Position numbers and translations under genes: made by a program
In this document: positions 20,687-34,007 of the stretch, piece by piece
Numbering within the stretch: position 1 is the first letter of the stretch
Layout of the letters: each line of letters starts with the position of its first letter
Source: a bacterium
GTDB lineage: Bacteria > UBA10199 > 2-02-FULL-44-16 > JAAZCA01
Length of the DNA stretch: 64,000 nucleotides
Reading direction: 5' to 3'
NCBI GenBank assembly: GCA_963674695.2
Contig: CAXXGI010000003.1
Span: 928,001-992,000, forward strand
Notes under the pieces: model-generated
Told to the model about the DNA's origin: nothing
Databases searched by the model: none
What the model saw: the letters and a program-made list of their open reading frames with translations, nothing else

Positions 20687-21577
20687 CTATTTGCCTTTCG
20701 CAATGGGTTTCCCGAGCATATCTTCGAGCACCGGACGAAGCGTCACGAGATGACCCTGCCCACAGACCACCATCACCCGATCATGGGCATTCAGAGCAGC
20801 TGCAATTGTATCCGCGATGTGTCGATCCCGAATGCGACCGATGGTGCGCGACATCGCATGCAGAAAGCCCGAGGAATGCGACGGGCTGATGTCGTTGTGA
20901 TCGAACGTATCGACGACCAATTTCCGGCCTGTTCGCTTTAGATACCACCGACGGAATGCGTCGAGGTCGAAGGCGATATCCATCTTGAGACGCTCTTGTC
21001 GGACCTTCACATGATGAAGGAAAGCCTTCTCATCCTTGTAGACAACCGTCTCCCCCGACCGGCGATAGTACGGTATTTCTCTCAATACATAGAATCCGAT
21101 AATATCGGTTTCTGAAAAACCGGAAGCCAGAAGCGCCTTCTTCACTTCGACATCGGAGACCTCGATCCCCGCATAGGGAATATCGCTGAGAAGAGCGACG
21201 GAGACAGCAAACATGTCTTCGCCACACCGCTGAAAACAATCCTTGCGACAATCGATTATCCGATCGATCAATTGAAAGTTCTGTGCATCCGTTTCAGCGA
21301 TCCCCTCCACAAGAATGATTTGAGGACGGAAAGTCGAAACCTGTCGTTGTATCAATCGAAACGTATCAGACGACAAACCGACCTCATGTTCCGTTGCGAT
21401 AAACAGGAGTTGTTTTCCGCCATTTTGAAAACGCGAAAAATAGGGCTGGCGAAACGGCTCCCGACTATAGCGTTCCTGCGACCCGTCGTTGATCAACGAC
21501 GGCTTGACCCGAAACGCCTTCGATGCTGCACACGACATCAGAAGGATGACGCCAATAATGATACAACACGCCCTCAT
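20687..21577 (-). CDS. Putative lipoprotein, TraB/TIKI/EreA-like metal-dependent hydrolase fold
   Basis: LLMSC lipobox; H-E..ILVEG, RDRHIA, VVCGQGH motifs. Confidence 0.55.
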   Translation of the reverse strand: MRACCIIIGVILLMSCAASKAFRVKPSLINDGSQERYSREPFRQPYFSRFQNGGKQLLFIATEHEVGLSSDTFRLIQRQVSTFRPQIILVEGIAETDAQNFQLIDRIIDCRKDCFQRCGEDMFAVSVALLSDIPYAGIEVSDVEVKKALLASGFSETDIIGFYVLREIPYYRRSGETVVYKDEKAFLHHVKVRQERLKMDIAFDLDAFRRWYLKRTGRKLVVDTFDHNDISPSHSSGFLHAMSRTIGRIRDRHIADTIAAALNAHDRVMVVCGQGHLVTLRPVLEDMLGKPIAKGK

Positions 21578-21593
21578 ATCGCCTCATCGAACA

Positions 21594-22649
21594 TCACTTT
21601 TTCTCGATCGTTTGCTTCTTTCTCCCCTCCAACTGCCTTTCAATCTGAACCAGCTCCTCGTCGTCGGTCAGGGCCTCCGCCTCGGCTTCGCGCTGAAGCC
21701 GTGCGGCATGAAAGGATTCATACTGCTCGACGGCCAGGCGATCAGCGACTGCTTTTGAAACCGTGCCTGCGTCCTGCAACAGATCGCGCTCGTTGAACTG
21801 CAGAAAGGCATCGAGCTTCTCGCGCCAGTCGTGCATGAAGATCTGTCGATGCCGCATGGCCTGATCCTCGGCGAAATCGAGGTACATGACGACGATGCGG
21901 TTGAGCTGTTCGATCTCCTCGACATTGAGATAGTTCTTCGCAACGGTGACGTCTTGACGCCGGACCTTCGCTCCTTTCCAGGCGGTCAACCCCATATTCG
22001 GTTTGGTCGCATCGGCGCGCTCGGCGATCAGCTCAGCGGCGGTCTTTCCGGAAATGGCGAAGTGAAGTTTGTTCTGCACGATCTTGAAAAACTCGATCGT
22101 CTCCTCAGCGCGGGGATCATAATCGACGGCGAGCTTGTAGATATCCCGAACCTTCTGATAGAAGCGCTTATCGCTGGCCCGGATGTCGCGGATGCGTTCG
22201 AGGAGTTCATCGAAATAATCCGACCCGAGATTGGTCCCCTCCTTGAGCCGCTCGTCGTCCATCGTGAAGCCTTTGACGAGGTACTCGTGTAAGCGCTCCG
22301 TCGCCCAACGACGAAATTCAACGCCGCGCCGCGAACGAACCCGGTAGCCTACAGCCAAGATGGCGGGAAGATTGTAGAATTTTACGTTTCGCTCAACCTG
22401 GCGCGATCCTTCTCGGCGAACTATTAAGAAATCCTTAATAGTTGCCTCCTTCGACAACTCTCCATCCGAAAATATGCCTTTAAGATGCGCGTTTATGTTC
22501 GGAACCGTCGTCTGATATAATTCGGCCATGCCGGCTTGGGTCAGCAAGACCGTTTCCTCTTCCAGCCGCACTTCTATCCGATTCCTGCCATCCTCCGTGC
22601 GATAGAAGATGATCTCGCCGCCGGGCTCATTGGTGACCAGATGATTCAT
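21594..22649 (-). CDS. RhuM-family (virulence RhuM) protein
   Basis: LTQAGMAELYQ, YNL.AILAVGYRVRS.RG.EFR.WAT, KGFTMDDERLK, QNKLH.AI.GKTAAE. Confidence 0.92.
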   Translation of the reverse strand: MNHLVTNEPGGEIIFYRTEDGRNRIEVRLEEETVLLTQAGMAELYQTTVPNINAHLKGIFSDGELSKEATIKDFLIVRREGSRQVERNVKFYNLPAILAVGYRVRSRRGVEFRRWATERLHEYLVKGFTMDDERLKEGTNLGSDYFDELLERIRDIRASDKRFYQKVRDIYKLAVDYDPRAEETIEFFKIVQNKLHFAISGKTAAELIAERADATKPNMGLTAWKGAKVRRQDVTVAKNYLNVEEIEQLNRIVVMYLDFAEDQAMRHRQIFMHDWREKLDAFLQFNERDLLQDAGTVSKAVADRLAVEQYESFHAARLQREAEAEALTDDEELVQIERQLEGRKKQTIEKK

Positions 22650-22749
22650 GCCATCACCTCTTTCCAACCAGGGTATGAACGTGCGTCATCTTTCCCCGCT
22701 GCCCGTTCACATATCAAGGCAAATATGGAAGGAAGACACATATACAGAT

Positions 22750-22779
22750 GGATCCCCGATAGGACCGTTCGGGGATGAC
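22750..22779. repeat. Single REP-like palindrome
   Basis: ggatccccgataggaccgttcggggatgac, same family as the doublets. Confidence 0.65.
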
Positions 22780-22797
22780 AAGCGTGCAGGGTGGCGT

Positions 22798-25992
<3,195 letters not shown>

Positions 25993-26001
25993 AATAATGC
26001 G

Positions 26002-26165
26002 CCAGTCAGGCTAGTCAGGCTAGTCAGGCTAGTCAGGCTAGTCAGGCTAGTCAGGCTAGTCAGGCTAGTCAGGCTAGTCAGGCTAGTCAGGCTAGTCAGG
26101 CAAAAACGATCTTGATTCATGCTGTCAACCTTTCTCGCCTGACTGGCTTGACTGGCCTTTCTCGC
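26002..26165. repeat. 9-bp tandem array (CYAGTCAGG x11) with inverted arm between carA and carB
   Basis: 11 units at 26002-26100; cctttctcg cctgactgg cttgactgg cctttctcg at 26129-26164. Confidence 0.95.
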
Positions 26166-26168
26166 CTT

Positions 26169-27257
26169 TCACAGCGTTGCCACAAACTCATCGAACAGCC
26201 AGCCGGTATCCACCGGACCCGGCATCGCCTCGGGGTGAAACTGCACGCTCATAATCGGCCGGGACGCGTGCCGCATGCCTTCATTGGTACCGTCATTGAG
26301 ATTGGTAAACCAGGCCTCGTATCCATCGGGGAGCGAGGCGACATCGACCGCAAACCCATGGTTCTGCGAGGTGATGTAACAGCGATTTTTCCCCTCCACG
26401 CGGGCCGGCTGATTCTGCCCGCGATGACCATAGGGAAGTTTGAAGGTCTTGGCCCCCGCCGCGAGCGCGAGCATCTGGTGCCCGAGGCAGATGCCAAAGG
26501 CGGGCAGCCCCGCCGCGATCACCTTGCGCGCGGTCTCGATGGTGGCGCCGCAATCGGTCGGGTCGCCCGGGCCGTTGGAGAAGAGCACGCCGTCGACATC
26601 GATCGTGGTGACATCGAAGTCCCACGGGACACGCACGACCGAGAGCCCGCGTTTGAGGAGACTGGCGATGATCGTGTTCTTGCAACCACAATCGATGACC
26701 GCCACGCGCTTGCCGCCCCCCTCATACGTGTGCGCCTCCGGCGTGGAGACCTCGGCCACGACGTGCCTTGCGGGGAGCGCATCGACGCTCGCCTCGGGAT
26801 CATCCGTGATGATCCCGGCCATCGTCCCCTGCTCGCGCAAGCGCTTGGTGATCGCGCGCGTATCCACGCCCTGAATCCCCGGAACGCCCTGCTCCTGCAA
26901 GAGGTCGGAGAGCCCGCGCGCCGCGGTCCAATGCGAGTGAAATTCGGAGTATTCAGAGACGACGAGCCCCGCCAGGTGCACCTTTCCCGATTCGTAGAAG
27001 CTGGAGAGCTCTTGGCCAAAATCGGCGGGAACGCCGTAGTTGCCGATGAGCGGATAGGTGAGCGCCAGGATCTGGGCACGGTAGGAGGGATCGGTGAACG
27101 ACTCCGGGTACCCCACCATGCCCGTGTTGAAGACGACCTCGCCATGAGCGAGGCCTTCAGCCCCAAAAGAAAAACCGCCAAACCGGCTGCCATCCTCAAG
27201 AATGAGGGTAACAGATTTTCGGTCCGACGATTTGGTCAAGGGCCGCTGATGTGTCAT
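26169..27257 (-). CDS. carA: Carbamoyl-phosphate synthase small subunit
   Basis: GEVVFNTGMVGY, SNGPGDP, GICLGHQ, QFHPE. Confidence 0.97.
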   Translation of the reverse strand: MTHQRPLTKSSDRKSVTLILEDGSRFGGFSFGAEGLAHGEVVFNTGMVGYPESFTDPSYRAQILALTYPLIGNYGVPADFGQELSSFYESGKVHLAGLVVSEYSEFHSHWTAARGLSDLLQEQGVPGIQGVDTRAITKRLREQGTMAGIITDDPEASVDALPARHVVAEVSTPEAHTYEGGGKRVAVIDCGCKNTIIASLLKRGLSVVRVPWDFDVTTIDVDGVLFSNGPGDPTDCGATIETARKVIAAGLPAFGICLGHQMLALAAGAKTFKLPYGHRGQNQPARVEGKNRCYITSQNHGFAVDVASLPDGYEAWFTNLNDGTNEGMRHASRPIMSVQFHPEAMPGPVDTGWLFDEFVATL

Positions 27258-27372
27258 CGATTGCGGGGGTGACTATTGTGTTTTGATGCCGACGTCAACT
27301 GGAAATGCGCCAAAGACGCCCCCATGCTTTTTCCTTGATCTCTCCCCTTCAGAGGTATTGATTGCGATCCCC

Positions 27373-29013
27373 ATGAACGATGCCCTCCATCAGATTCTCC
27401 TGCTCTTCGGCATGGCCATGTTCTTCGGCCTGACCGGAGGAAAGCTCTTCCGCTATTTTCGGATCCCTCAGGTCGTCGGATACATCACCATCGGCATCGT
27501 CCTGGGCGTGTCCGGCATCGGCATCTTCGACCGGGATACCATCGCCATGCTGGGCCCCTTCACCGACTTCGCCCTGGGACTCATCGGCTTCATGATCGGG
27601 GGGGAGATCAAGGTCTCCACCTTCCGGAAGTACGGCAAGAAGATCATCACGATCCTCCTCTTCGAGGGACTGCTCACCTATCTGCTCGTCGGCGCCGCGA
27701 TCTATCTCTTCACGAGGAACGTGCCGCTGGCCATCCTGCTGGCAGCGCTCGCCTCGGCGACCGCACCGGCCGCGACCGTCGACGTCATCTGGGAATGCCG
27801 GGCCAAGGGAATTCTGGCCACCTCCATCATCGCCATCGTGGCCCTCGACGACGGGCTCTCGCTGATCCTCTATGCGCTGTCGAAGGTCTTCGCCGAGAGC
27901 GCCATCACCGGCAGGGAATTCTCGGTCCTGGGTTCGCTGGCCCATCCGCTGCTCGAGCTGGGCGGTTCGTTGGCCATCGGCGTCGGGATGGGTTTTCTCA
28001 TCATCCTCCTGCTCAAGCGCATCCATGAGATCCGCGAGAAGGAGAGCTTCATCGTCATCGCACTCGGTGCCATCCTCGTCACCAGCGGCATCGCCTCGAT
28101 CTTCAACTTCGACCTCATCCTCTGCAACATGGTGCTCGGAACCACACTCATCAACGCGAGTCCGAAACGGAGCCAATTCCTCTTCTCTATCACGAAACAG
28201 ATCTCCGCACCGGTCTACGTCATCTTCTTCGTCCTCATCGGGGCACGGCTCCAGGTCGCCACGCTCGCCAGCATGGGGGCGGTCGGCGTCATCTACCTCA
28301 TCTTTCGGACAGCGGGAAAGATGGGCGGGGCTTATCTGGGCGCAAAGGTCTCCCATGCCGATGCGAATGTGCGTCGCTACCTCGGCTCCTCGCTCTTCTC
28401 ACAGGCCGGCGTCGCCATCGGGCTTGCCATCGCCATCTACCAGAGCATGAGCACCATGGGCCCGGAAGCCGAAGCGCTCGGGCTCTTCATCCTCAACGTG
28501 ATCACGGCTACCACGTTCATCGTCCAGATCATCGGCCCTCCCTCGGTGCGGTGGTCGCTGAAAAAAGCCGGCGAAATGGGCCGCGCGATGAGTGAGGAAG
28601 AGGTCCTCGACGCGCACACCGTTTCGGAGATCATGACGACGGAGCCGACGATCATCCGCGAAGCCGACAGCTACGCCACGGTGATGGAGTGCCTGAAACA
28701 CAACGAATACGTCTATTTCCCGGTCGTGGATGATGCGGATCACTTCAAAGGCGCGATCCAGCTCGACAACATCCGCTCCATCCTCTTCGAGGAGGAACTC
28801 ATCCCCTTCATCAGAGCCGCCGATATGACGATCAGCGACATCACCACCGTCACGCCGGAGATGAAATTGAGCAAAGCGAACGAGCTCTTCGAATTCGAGG
28901 AATACGACTACCTGCCCGTCCTCGATGGAGAACAGAAACTCCAGGGCGTCCTGCCTCGCCGCAGCCTCAACAAATTCATCAAACGCATGCTGTGGAAGTC
29001 GGAACTGGAGTAG
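27373..29013 (+). CDS. Cation:proton antiporter (CPA2/Kef-like) with C-terminal CBS pair
   Basis: About 12 TM segments, ATAPAAT, ALDD, QAGVAIGL; two CBS motifs. Confidence 0.9.
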   Translation: MNDALHQILLLFGMAMFFGLTGGKLFRYFRIPQVVGYITIGIVLGVSGIGIFDRDTIAMLGPFTDFALGLIGFMIGGEIKVSTFRKYGKKIITILLFEGLLTYLLVGAAIYLFTRNVPLAILLAALASATAPAATVDVIWECRAKGILATSIIAIVALDDGLSLILYALSKVFAESAITGREFSVLGSLAHPLLELGGSLAIGVGMGFLIILLLKRIHEIREKESFIVIALGAILVTSGIASIFNFDLILCNMVLGTTLINASPKRSQFLFSITKQISAPVYVIFFVLIGARLQVATLASMGAVGVIYLIFRTAGKMGGAYLGAKVSHADANVRRYLGSSLFSQAGVAIGLAIAIYQSMSTMGPEAEALGLFILNVITATTFIVQIIGPPSVRWSLKKAGEMGRAMSEEEVLDAHTVSEIMTTEPTIIREADSYATVMECLKHNEYVYFPVVDDADHFKGAIQLDNIRSILFEEELIPFIRAADMTISDITTVTPEMKLSKANELFEFEEYDYLPVLDGEQKLQGVLPRRSLNKFIKRMLWKSELE

Positions 29014-29204
29014 AAGCCCGCAAGAGCAATTCGATAAACCCCCTGCAATTCAAGCTGCTGGGACATAAGCGTACACACTCCTTGAGAAATCTGGTGTAAC
29101 CCTATTGTAGCAAAGGGCTTTTCGTGGTATCTATATATCCACGAAAGAGGCGGTTGTACGCGCAATTCAGTATTTCACCATCATTTCGAAAGGTTAGGGC
29201 ATCC

Positions 29205-30986
29205 ATGGACATCCTCCCCCGTTTCCTCCGTCTGAGCGGCATGCTTCTCATCCTGGCGGGGCTCCTCTTCACGACCTCCTGCGGGCATTCGACGAGTGGC
29301 CAGTTGATGGACCCAGATTTTCTGCCGGAGCCGATCGCACCGGCCATCTCGCCCCCGGCCGATTCCGACGGCGATGGCGTGATCGACCCGATGGACAACT
29401 GCCCGGCGGTGGAAAACCCCGGCCAGGAGGACTTCGATTCCGACGGTGATGGCAACGCCTGCGACGATGACATGGACGGCGACGAGATCGCCGACGACCT
29501 CGACAACTGCCCCACCGTCGCCAACAACGCCCAGACCGATTCCGACGGCGACGGCACGGGCGATGCCTGCGACGATCTCTTCGATGACGCCGATGCCGAC
29601 GGCGTGGGCGACGGGGCGGACAACTGCGTGGATGATGTCAATGCCGCCCAGACCGACACCGACGGCGATGGCATCGGCGATATCTGTGATGACGATCTCG
29701 ACGGCGACGGCGTGGACAACGGGGCGGACAACTGCGCTGATCAGGCCAATGCGGGGCAGACCGACACCGACGGCGATGGCGCGGGCGATGCCTGTGATGA
29801 TGATGACGACGATGACGGCGTCTTCGATGCGGATGACAACTGTCGGCTCGTGGTCAACCCGGGACAGGCCGACACCGACGGCGATGGCGTCGGCGATGAC
29901 TGCGATGGCGACGACGATGGCGACGGCGTCCTCGATGGAGCCGATAACTGCCCGATAACGGCCAACAACGACCAGGTCGACACCGATGGCGATGGCTTTG
30001 GAAACGCCTGCGATGAGGATGATGACGGCGATGGCGTGCTCGATGCCGCACCGGACAACTGCCTGCTCGTGGTCAATCCCGCTCAGGGCGACCATGACGG
30101 CGACGGTATCGGCGATGCCTGCGACGGCGACGACGATGGCGATGGCGTGCTCGACGGCGTCGACAACTGCCCGATGGACGCCAATGCCGATCAGTCCGAC
30201 ATCGATGGCGACGGCCTCGGGGATGTCTGTGACAACGACATCGACGGCGACGGCGTGGACAACGGCGGCGACAACTGTCCGGTCGATGTGAACGCCGGCC
30301 AGGAGGACTTGGACGCCGACGGCGCAGGCGACGTCTGCGACGACGACGATGACGATGACGGCGTGCTCGACGTGGCGGACAACTGCCCGGTCGTTGTCAA
30401 CGCCGGCCAGGAGGACAACGACGCCGACGGCGCAGGCGATGTCTGCGACGATGACGACGATAACGACACCGTTCTCGACGTGGCGGATAACTGCCCGTGG
30501 ACGGCCAACACCGACCAGGTCAACGCCGATGGCGATGTCTATGATCCGGCGAACCCCTCCACCGGAGGCGATGTCTGCGACGACGACGACGACAACGACG
30601 GCATCCTCGACGATGGCGACGGCTCCGGTATCGTGGGCGATACCCCCTGCGCGGGCGTCGGTTCGGCTGCGGGTGGAACGGCCGCCGGATGCGACGACAA
30701 CTGCCGCATCGCCTTCAACGCCGACCAGATCGATATCGACAGCGATGGCATCGGCAACACCTGCGACGACGATCGGGATAACGACAACATCCTCAACGCG
30801 GATGACAACTGCCCGTTCATGTGGAATCCGAATCAGGGCAACTTCGACCTAGGATTTGCGGAGATGATCGGCCCCAACGGTGCCGCTTCAGGCGACGCCT
30901 ACGGCGATGTCTGCGATCCGGACGATGATGCCGATAGCGTCCTCGATTTTCAGGATGAATGTCCCTACAGCCGGGACTGCAACTGA
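29205..30986 (+). CDS. Thrombospondin type-3 repeat lipoprotein
   Basis: LLFTTSC lipobox; 13 DNC repeats of type DxDxDGxxDxxDNCPxxxNxxQxDxDxDGxGDAC. Confidence 0.9.
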   Translation: MDILPRFLRLSGMLLILAGLLFTTSCGHSTSGQLMDPDFLPEPIAPAISPPADSDGDGVIDPMDNCPAVENPGQEDFDSDGDGNACDDDMDGDEIADDLDNCPTVANNAQTDSDGDGTGDACDDLFDDADADGVGDGADNCVDDVNAAQTDTDGDGIGDICDDDLDGDGVDNGADNCADQANAGQTDTDGDGAGDACDDDDDDDGVFDADDNCRLVVNPGQADTDGDGVGDDCDGDDDGDGVLDGADNCPITANNDQVDTDGDGFGNACDEDDDGDGVLDAAPDNCLLVVNPAQGDHDGDGIGDACDGDDDGDGVLDGVDNCPMDANADQSDIDGDGLGDVCDNDIDGDGVDNGGDNCPVDVNAGQEDLDADGAGDVCDDDDDDDGVLDVADNCPVVVNAGQEDNDADGAGDVCDDDDDNDTVLDVADNCPWTANTDQVNADGDVYDPANPSTGGDVCDDDDDNDGILDDGDGSGIVGDTPCAGVGSAAGGTAAGCDDNCRIAFNADQIDIDSDGIGNTCDDDRDNDNILNADDNCPFMWNPNQGNFDLGFAEMIGPNGAASGDAYGDVCDPDDDADSVLDFQDECPYSRDCN

Positions 30987-31021
30987 TGTCGTAACAACGG
31001 GAAAACCTTGTGTTTTACCCC

Positions 31022-31050
31022 ACGCCGGGCCTTCGGGCTCGGCGTTTTTT
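31022..31050 (+). terminator. Rho-independent terminator
   Basis: acgccgggcc-ttcg-ggctcggcgt plus T-run. Confidence 0.8.
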
Positions 31051-31107
31051 GTCCACAATATGATATTGTCTCTTCAAAAAATGCGCCGATCGTACTAGGG
31101 TTTGAGC

Positions 31108-32088
31108 ATGTCCGACCTCTCCATCACCACGGCCGGTCCGGCGCTACCGCAACCCCTCTCCTCCCAAGCGGAGGATGACCTCATCCTTGAGCTCCCTCCG
31201 GATGACCAGATCGTTCGGATGTCGGAAGCGGAATACGGCGCCCTCATCGGGAAGGGAGCGATCACCCACTTGGAGGAGGTCGGCCAGATTCCGACCGAGA
31301 CCGATATCGTCAAGGTCGTGCGCAACACCGAGACGGGTGAGGTCACCTATATCTCCCACCGCATGGGATTGAATACCTTTCACCTCGCCTTCAACGGCAC
31401 GCACCACTCCTTCACCAAGGCCCTCACGCTTGAAGGAGAAATAGGACTCGATCTCGCCTTCGCCGACCACTGGCGCTGGGTCACTCTGATAAAAGGAAAA
31501 TACGATCGGCTGGCCAAACAGGAACGCATCGAAGGCATGAGTGAAATCGATTACGCCTTCGACCGCTCGTGGGATCTCGGCATCAACGGCAGCTATCTGC
31601 ACTATCCAACCGAAGGGTACGATCATTCGGTACAGGTCCTGGGCGGCCCTCGCTATACGGCGCCGATCTTCCCCGGGAAACTCGGCAACCTCGACCGGAA
31701 AAACGAATTCTACATCAGCCAATACTTCGGCTACGACTATACTGACCCCTGGTTTGTCTATTCACCGGGACTCGAGCCGGGAGTCAAACAGGGCCACCTG
31801 GCCATCTCATCGAGCCGCATCAAATATCAGCAGGACTTTGGTTTTGGGCGGATCAAGGCCATCGCACAGTTCACCCAGGACCTCATGCGCGATCCGACGC
31901 TGCATATCTTTAACTCCGAGGCGCTCTTCTTTCTGGAGGGAGCGCTCACGCTGACGCAAGTGGATGGATTCAAACTGGAAGCGGTCATCGCCGACGCGCT
32001 GACCTGGGCAAACAAACGCTCGGAGCCAGAGGCCCCGAGCTGGATTAACGAAACACAGTTTGGATTGAAGATGAGTTATATGTTTTGA
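31108..32088 (+). CDS. Putative outer-membrane beta-barrel-like protein (DUF481-like?) lacking a signal peptide
   Basis: Alternating aromatic/Gly strands; ends FGLKMSYMF. Confidence 0.55.
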   Translation: MSDLSITTAGPALPQPLSSQAEDDLILELPPDDQIVRMSEAEYGALIGKGAITHLEEVGQIPTETDIVKVVRNTETGEVTYISHRMGLNTFHLAFNGTHHSFTKALTLEGEIGLDLAFADHWRWVTLIKGKYDRLAKQERIEGMSEIDYAFDRSWDLGINGSYLHYPTEGYDHSVQVLGGPRYTAPIFPGKLGNLDRKNEFYISQYFGYDYTDPWFVYSPGLEPGVKQGHLAISSSRIKYQQDFGFGRIKAIAQFTQDLMRDPTLHIFNSEALFFLEGALTLTQVDGFKLEAVIADALTWANKRSEPEAPSWINETQFGLKMSYMF

Positions 32089-32127
32089 AGAAGGGAAAAC
32101 AGCGGGGCAATGACAAACCCGAAAGGT

Positions 32128-32227
32128 GTCATCCCCGCCCCCGATTCAATCATTCGAGGGCAGGCTCCAGCGGGGATCTCGACGTACCATAACAATCGAG
32201 ATTCCCGCTTACCCCCGCGGGAATGAC
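32128..32227. repeat. REP doublet with nested insert
   Basis: gtcatccccgc[ccccgattcaatcattcgagggcaggctcc]agcggggatctcg...cgagattcccgc..gcgggaatgac. Confidence 0.8.
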
Positions 32228-32285
32228 ACCCCTTACATCACGAGAGAAACGCACCAATCTGCAGTCCCTCCCCGCTCCCATTCCC

Positions 32286-33806
32286 TTACAACACAAACGC
32301 CAGGTAGATGCTCGCCTTGCCGCGCTTGATGAAGAGGCGCACCGTGTCCCCCTTCTTGAGCTTCCCCGCCGCGACGGTATAGTCGCTCATCGATTGAATT
32401 TTGGCATCGTTGATTTCAAGGATGACATCGCCCGGCCGCACATCGGAGCGCTCAACGGCTGAACCCGGCTCAACACGCGTGACGACCACGCCACGGAAGG
32501 TCGCCGGCACATCGAGTTGCGGCGCATCGGAAGCGGAGATCGAACGCACCACGAGCCCAAGCGCATCGGCCTTGCCCGACTCCTTCCCCTCCGGCGCAAT
32601 CCCTGCCTGTTGCTCCTGCTCCTGCTGTTTTCCAATTCCGACCTTCACCTCTTCGCGCTTGCCTCCCCGCAGCAATACCACTGAAACATCGGCATCCGGT
32701 TTGGTCTGGCCAACCGCCAGCGACAGGTCATAGGGGCCATCGATCTCCTCGCTCCCGAACTTCAGGATGATGTCACCCCGACGAATGCCCGCCTTTGCCG
32801 CAGGCGAACCCCTGAAGACCTCGGCGATGAGCGCGCCCTCGGCCTTTTTCAGCCCGAACGATTTGGCCAGCTCCGGCGTCACTTCTTGAATAGCCACACC
32901 GAGCCACCCGCGCGTCACCTTCTGCCCCTTCGACAACGCCGGAATCTCCGACTTGGCCAGGTTGATCGGAATCGCAAAACCGATCCCCTGTCCATGCGCA
33001 TAGATCATGGTGTTGATCCCGATCACCTCGCCCTGCATATTGAAGAGCGGCCCGCCGGAGTTCCCCGGATTGATCGAGGCATCGGTCTGGATGAAGCGCG
33101 CATACGGCCCGCCGCCGACCACGCGCCCCACCGCAGAGACGACGCCGACCGTAACGGTCTGTTCCAAACCGAAGGGGTTGCCGATGGCCATCACCCACTC
33201 GCCCGGACGCATCGCCTTCGAATCACCCAGGACTGCCGTCGGCAAATCCGCCTCCGCCTTGATCTTGATGACCGCGATATCGGTCTTCTCATCGGTGCCG
33301 AGCACATCGGCCTTGAACGTGCGGCCATCGGAGAGCTTCACCTCGATCTCGTCGGCCTGGCTCACGACATGGTTGTTCGTGAGGATGGTTCCGTTTTTGT
33401 CGATGATGAAACCCGACCCGAGAGACTGCTGCTCCTGCTCGGGCATACTGCCGTTCGGTCCCCCCTGAAAAAACTTCTCAAAAAAATCGTCGAACGGATC
33501 GCTCGGACCGAAACGCTGAAACGGCCTCATCATCTGACGACGCCGCACCTTCTTGCTCGTAGAGACGTTGACCACGCAGCTCCTGACGCGTTCGGCCAGA
33601 TCCGCAAACGATTTTGGCTCCGCTGCAAACCAGGACGCCGGACGAACCGGGACCGGAACCGCCTGCGCCGCCTGCGCGCTTCGCAGCTCGATGCTGCGCG
33701 CGCCGCGCACCCCGCCGCCCCAGGCGATGAGCGTAGCGGCTATTACTGCCGCTCCAACCGAAAGTCCAAGAACCGTCCATAACGAATATTTGCGTTCTCT
33801 CATCAT
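32286..33806 (-). CDS. degQ: DegQ/HtrA serine endoprotease (two PDZ domains)
   Basis: SLGSGFII, TNNHVV, TDIAV, TDASINPGNSGGPL. Confidence 0.93.
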   Translation of the reverse strand: MMRERKYSLWTVLGLSVGAAVIAATLIAWGGGVRGARSIELRSAQAAQAVPVPVRPASWFAAEPKSFADLAERVRSCVVNVSTSKKVRRRQMMRPFQRFGPSDPFDDFFEKFFQGGPNGSMPEQEQQSLGSGFIIDKNGTILTNNHVVSQADEIEVKLSDGRTFKADVLGTDEKTDIAVIKIKAEADLPTAVLGDSKAMRPGEWVMAIGNPFGLEQTVTVGVVSAVGRVVGGGPYARFIQTDASINPGNSGGPLFNMQGEVIGINTMIYAHGQGIGFAIPINLAKSEIPALSKGQKVTRGWLGVAIQEVTPELAKSFGLKKAEGALIAEVFRGSPAAKAGIRRGDIILKFGSEEIDGPYDLSLAVGQTKPDADVSVVLLRGGKREEVKVGIGKQQEQEQQAGIAPEGKESGKADALGLVVRSISASDAPQLDVPATFRGVVVTRVEPGSAVERSDVRPGDVILEINDAKIQSMSDYTVAAGKLKKGDTVRLFIKRGKASIYLAFVL

Positions 33807-33834
33807 CGTGCATCCTCCCTGCGAAATTTCATAA

Positions 33835-33992
33835 GAAGCTGTCGGGAAATGACGATTTCAACGACTATTGTCATTCCCGCGAAGGCGGGAATCTCGATTT
33901 TTTACGTACTCCGAGATTCCCGCCGGAGCCTGCCCTCGAATGATTGAATCGGGGGCGGGAATGACAGCAAAAGCTCTTTCCCCAACAGACTC
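33835..33992. mobile_element. MITE-like element containing a REP doublet (33870-33965) with nested insert
   Basis: Ends gaagctgtcgggaaa / tttccccaacagactc; the internal doublet is an inverted copy of 32128-32227. Confidence 0.6.
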
Positions 33993-34007
33993 CAATGACG
34001 CCTTCTG

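Noticed and set aside
26002-26100. Possible CRISPR or iteron origin
   Set aside because: Spacer-less 9-mer inside the carAB operon; no rep gene or AT-rich unwinding region
29102-30852. Ser/Pro- and Thr/Met-rich repetitive ORFs in other frames
   Set aside because: Alternative-frame readings of the Asp-rich TSP3 repeat gene
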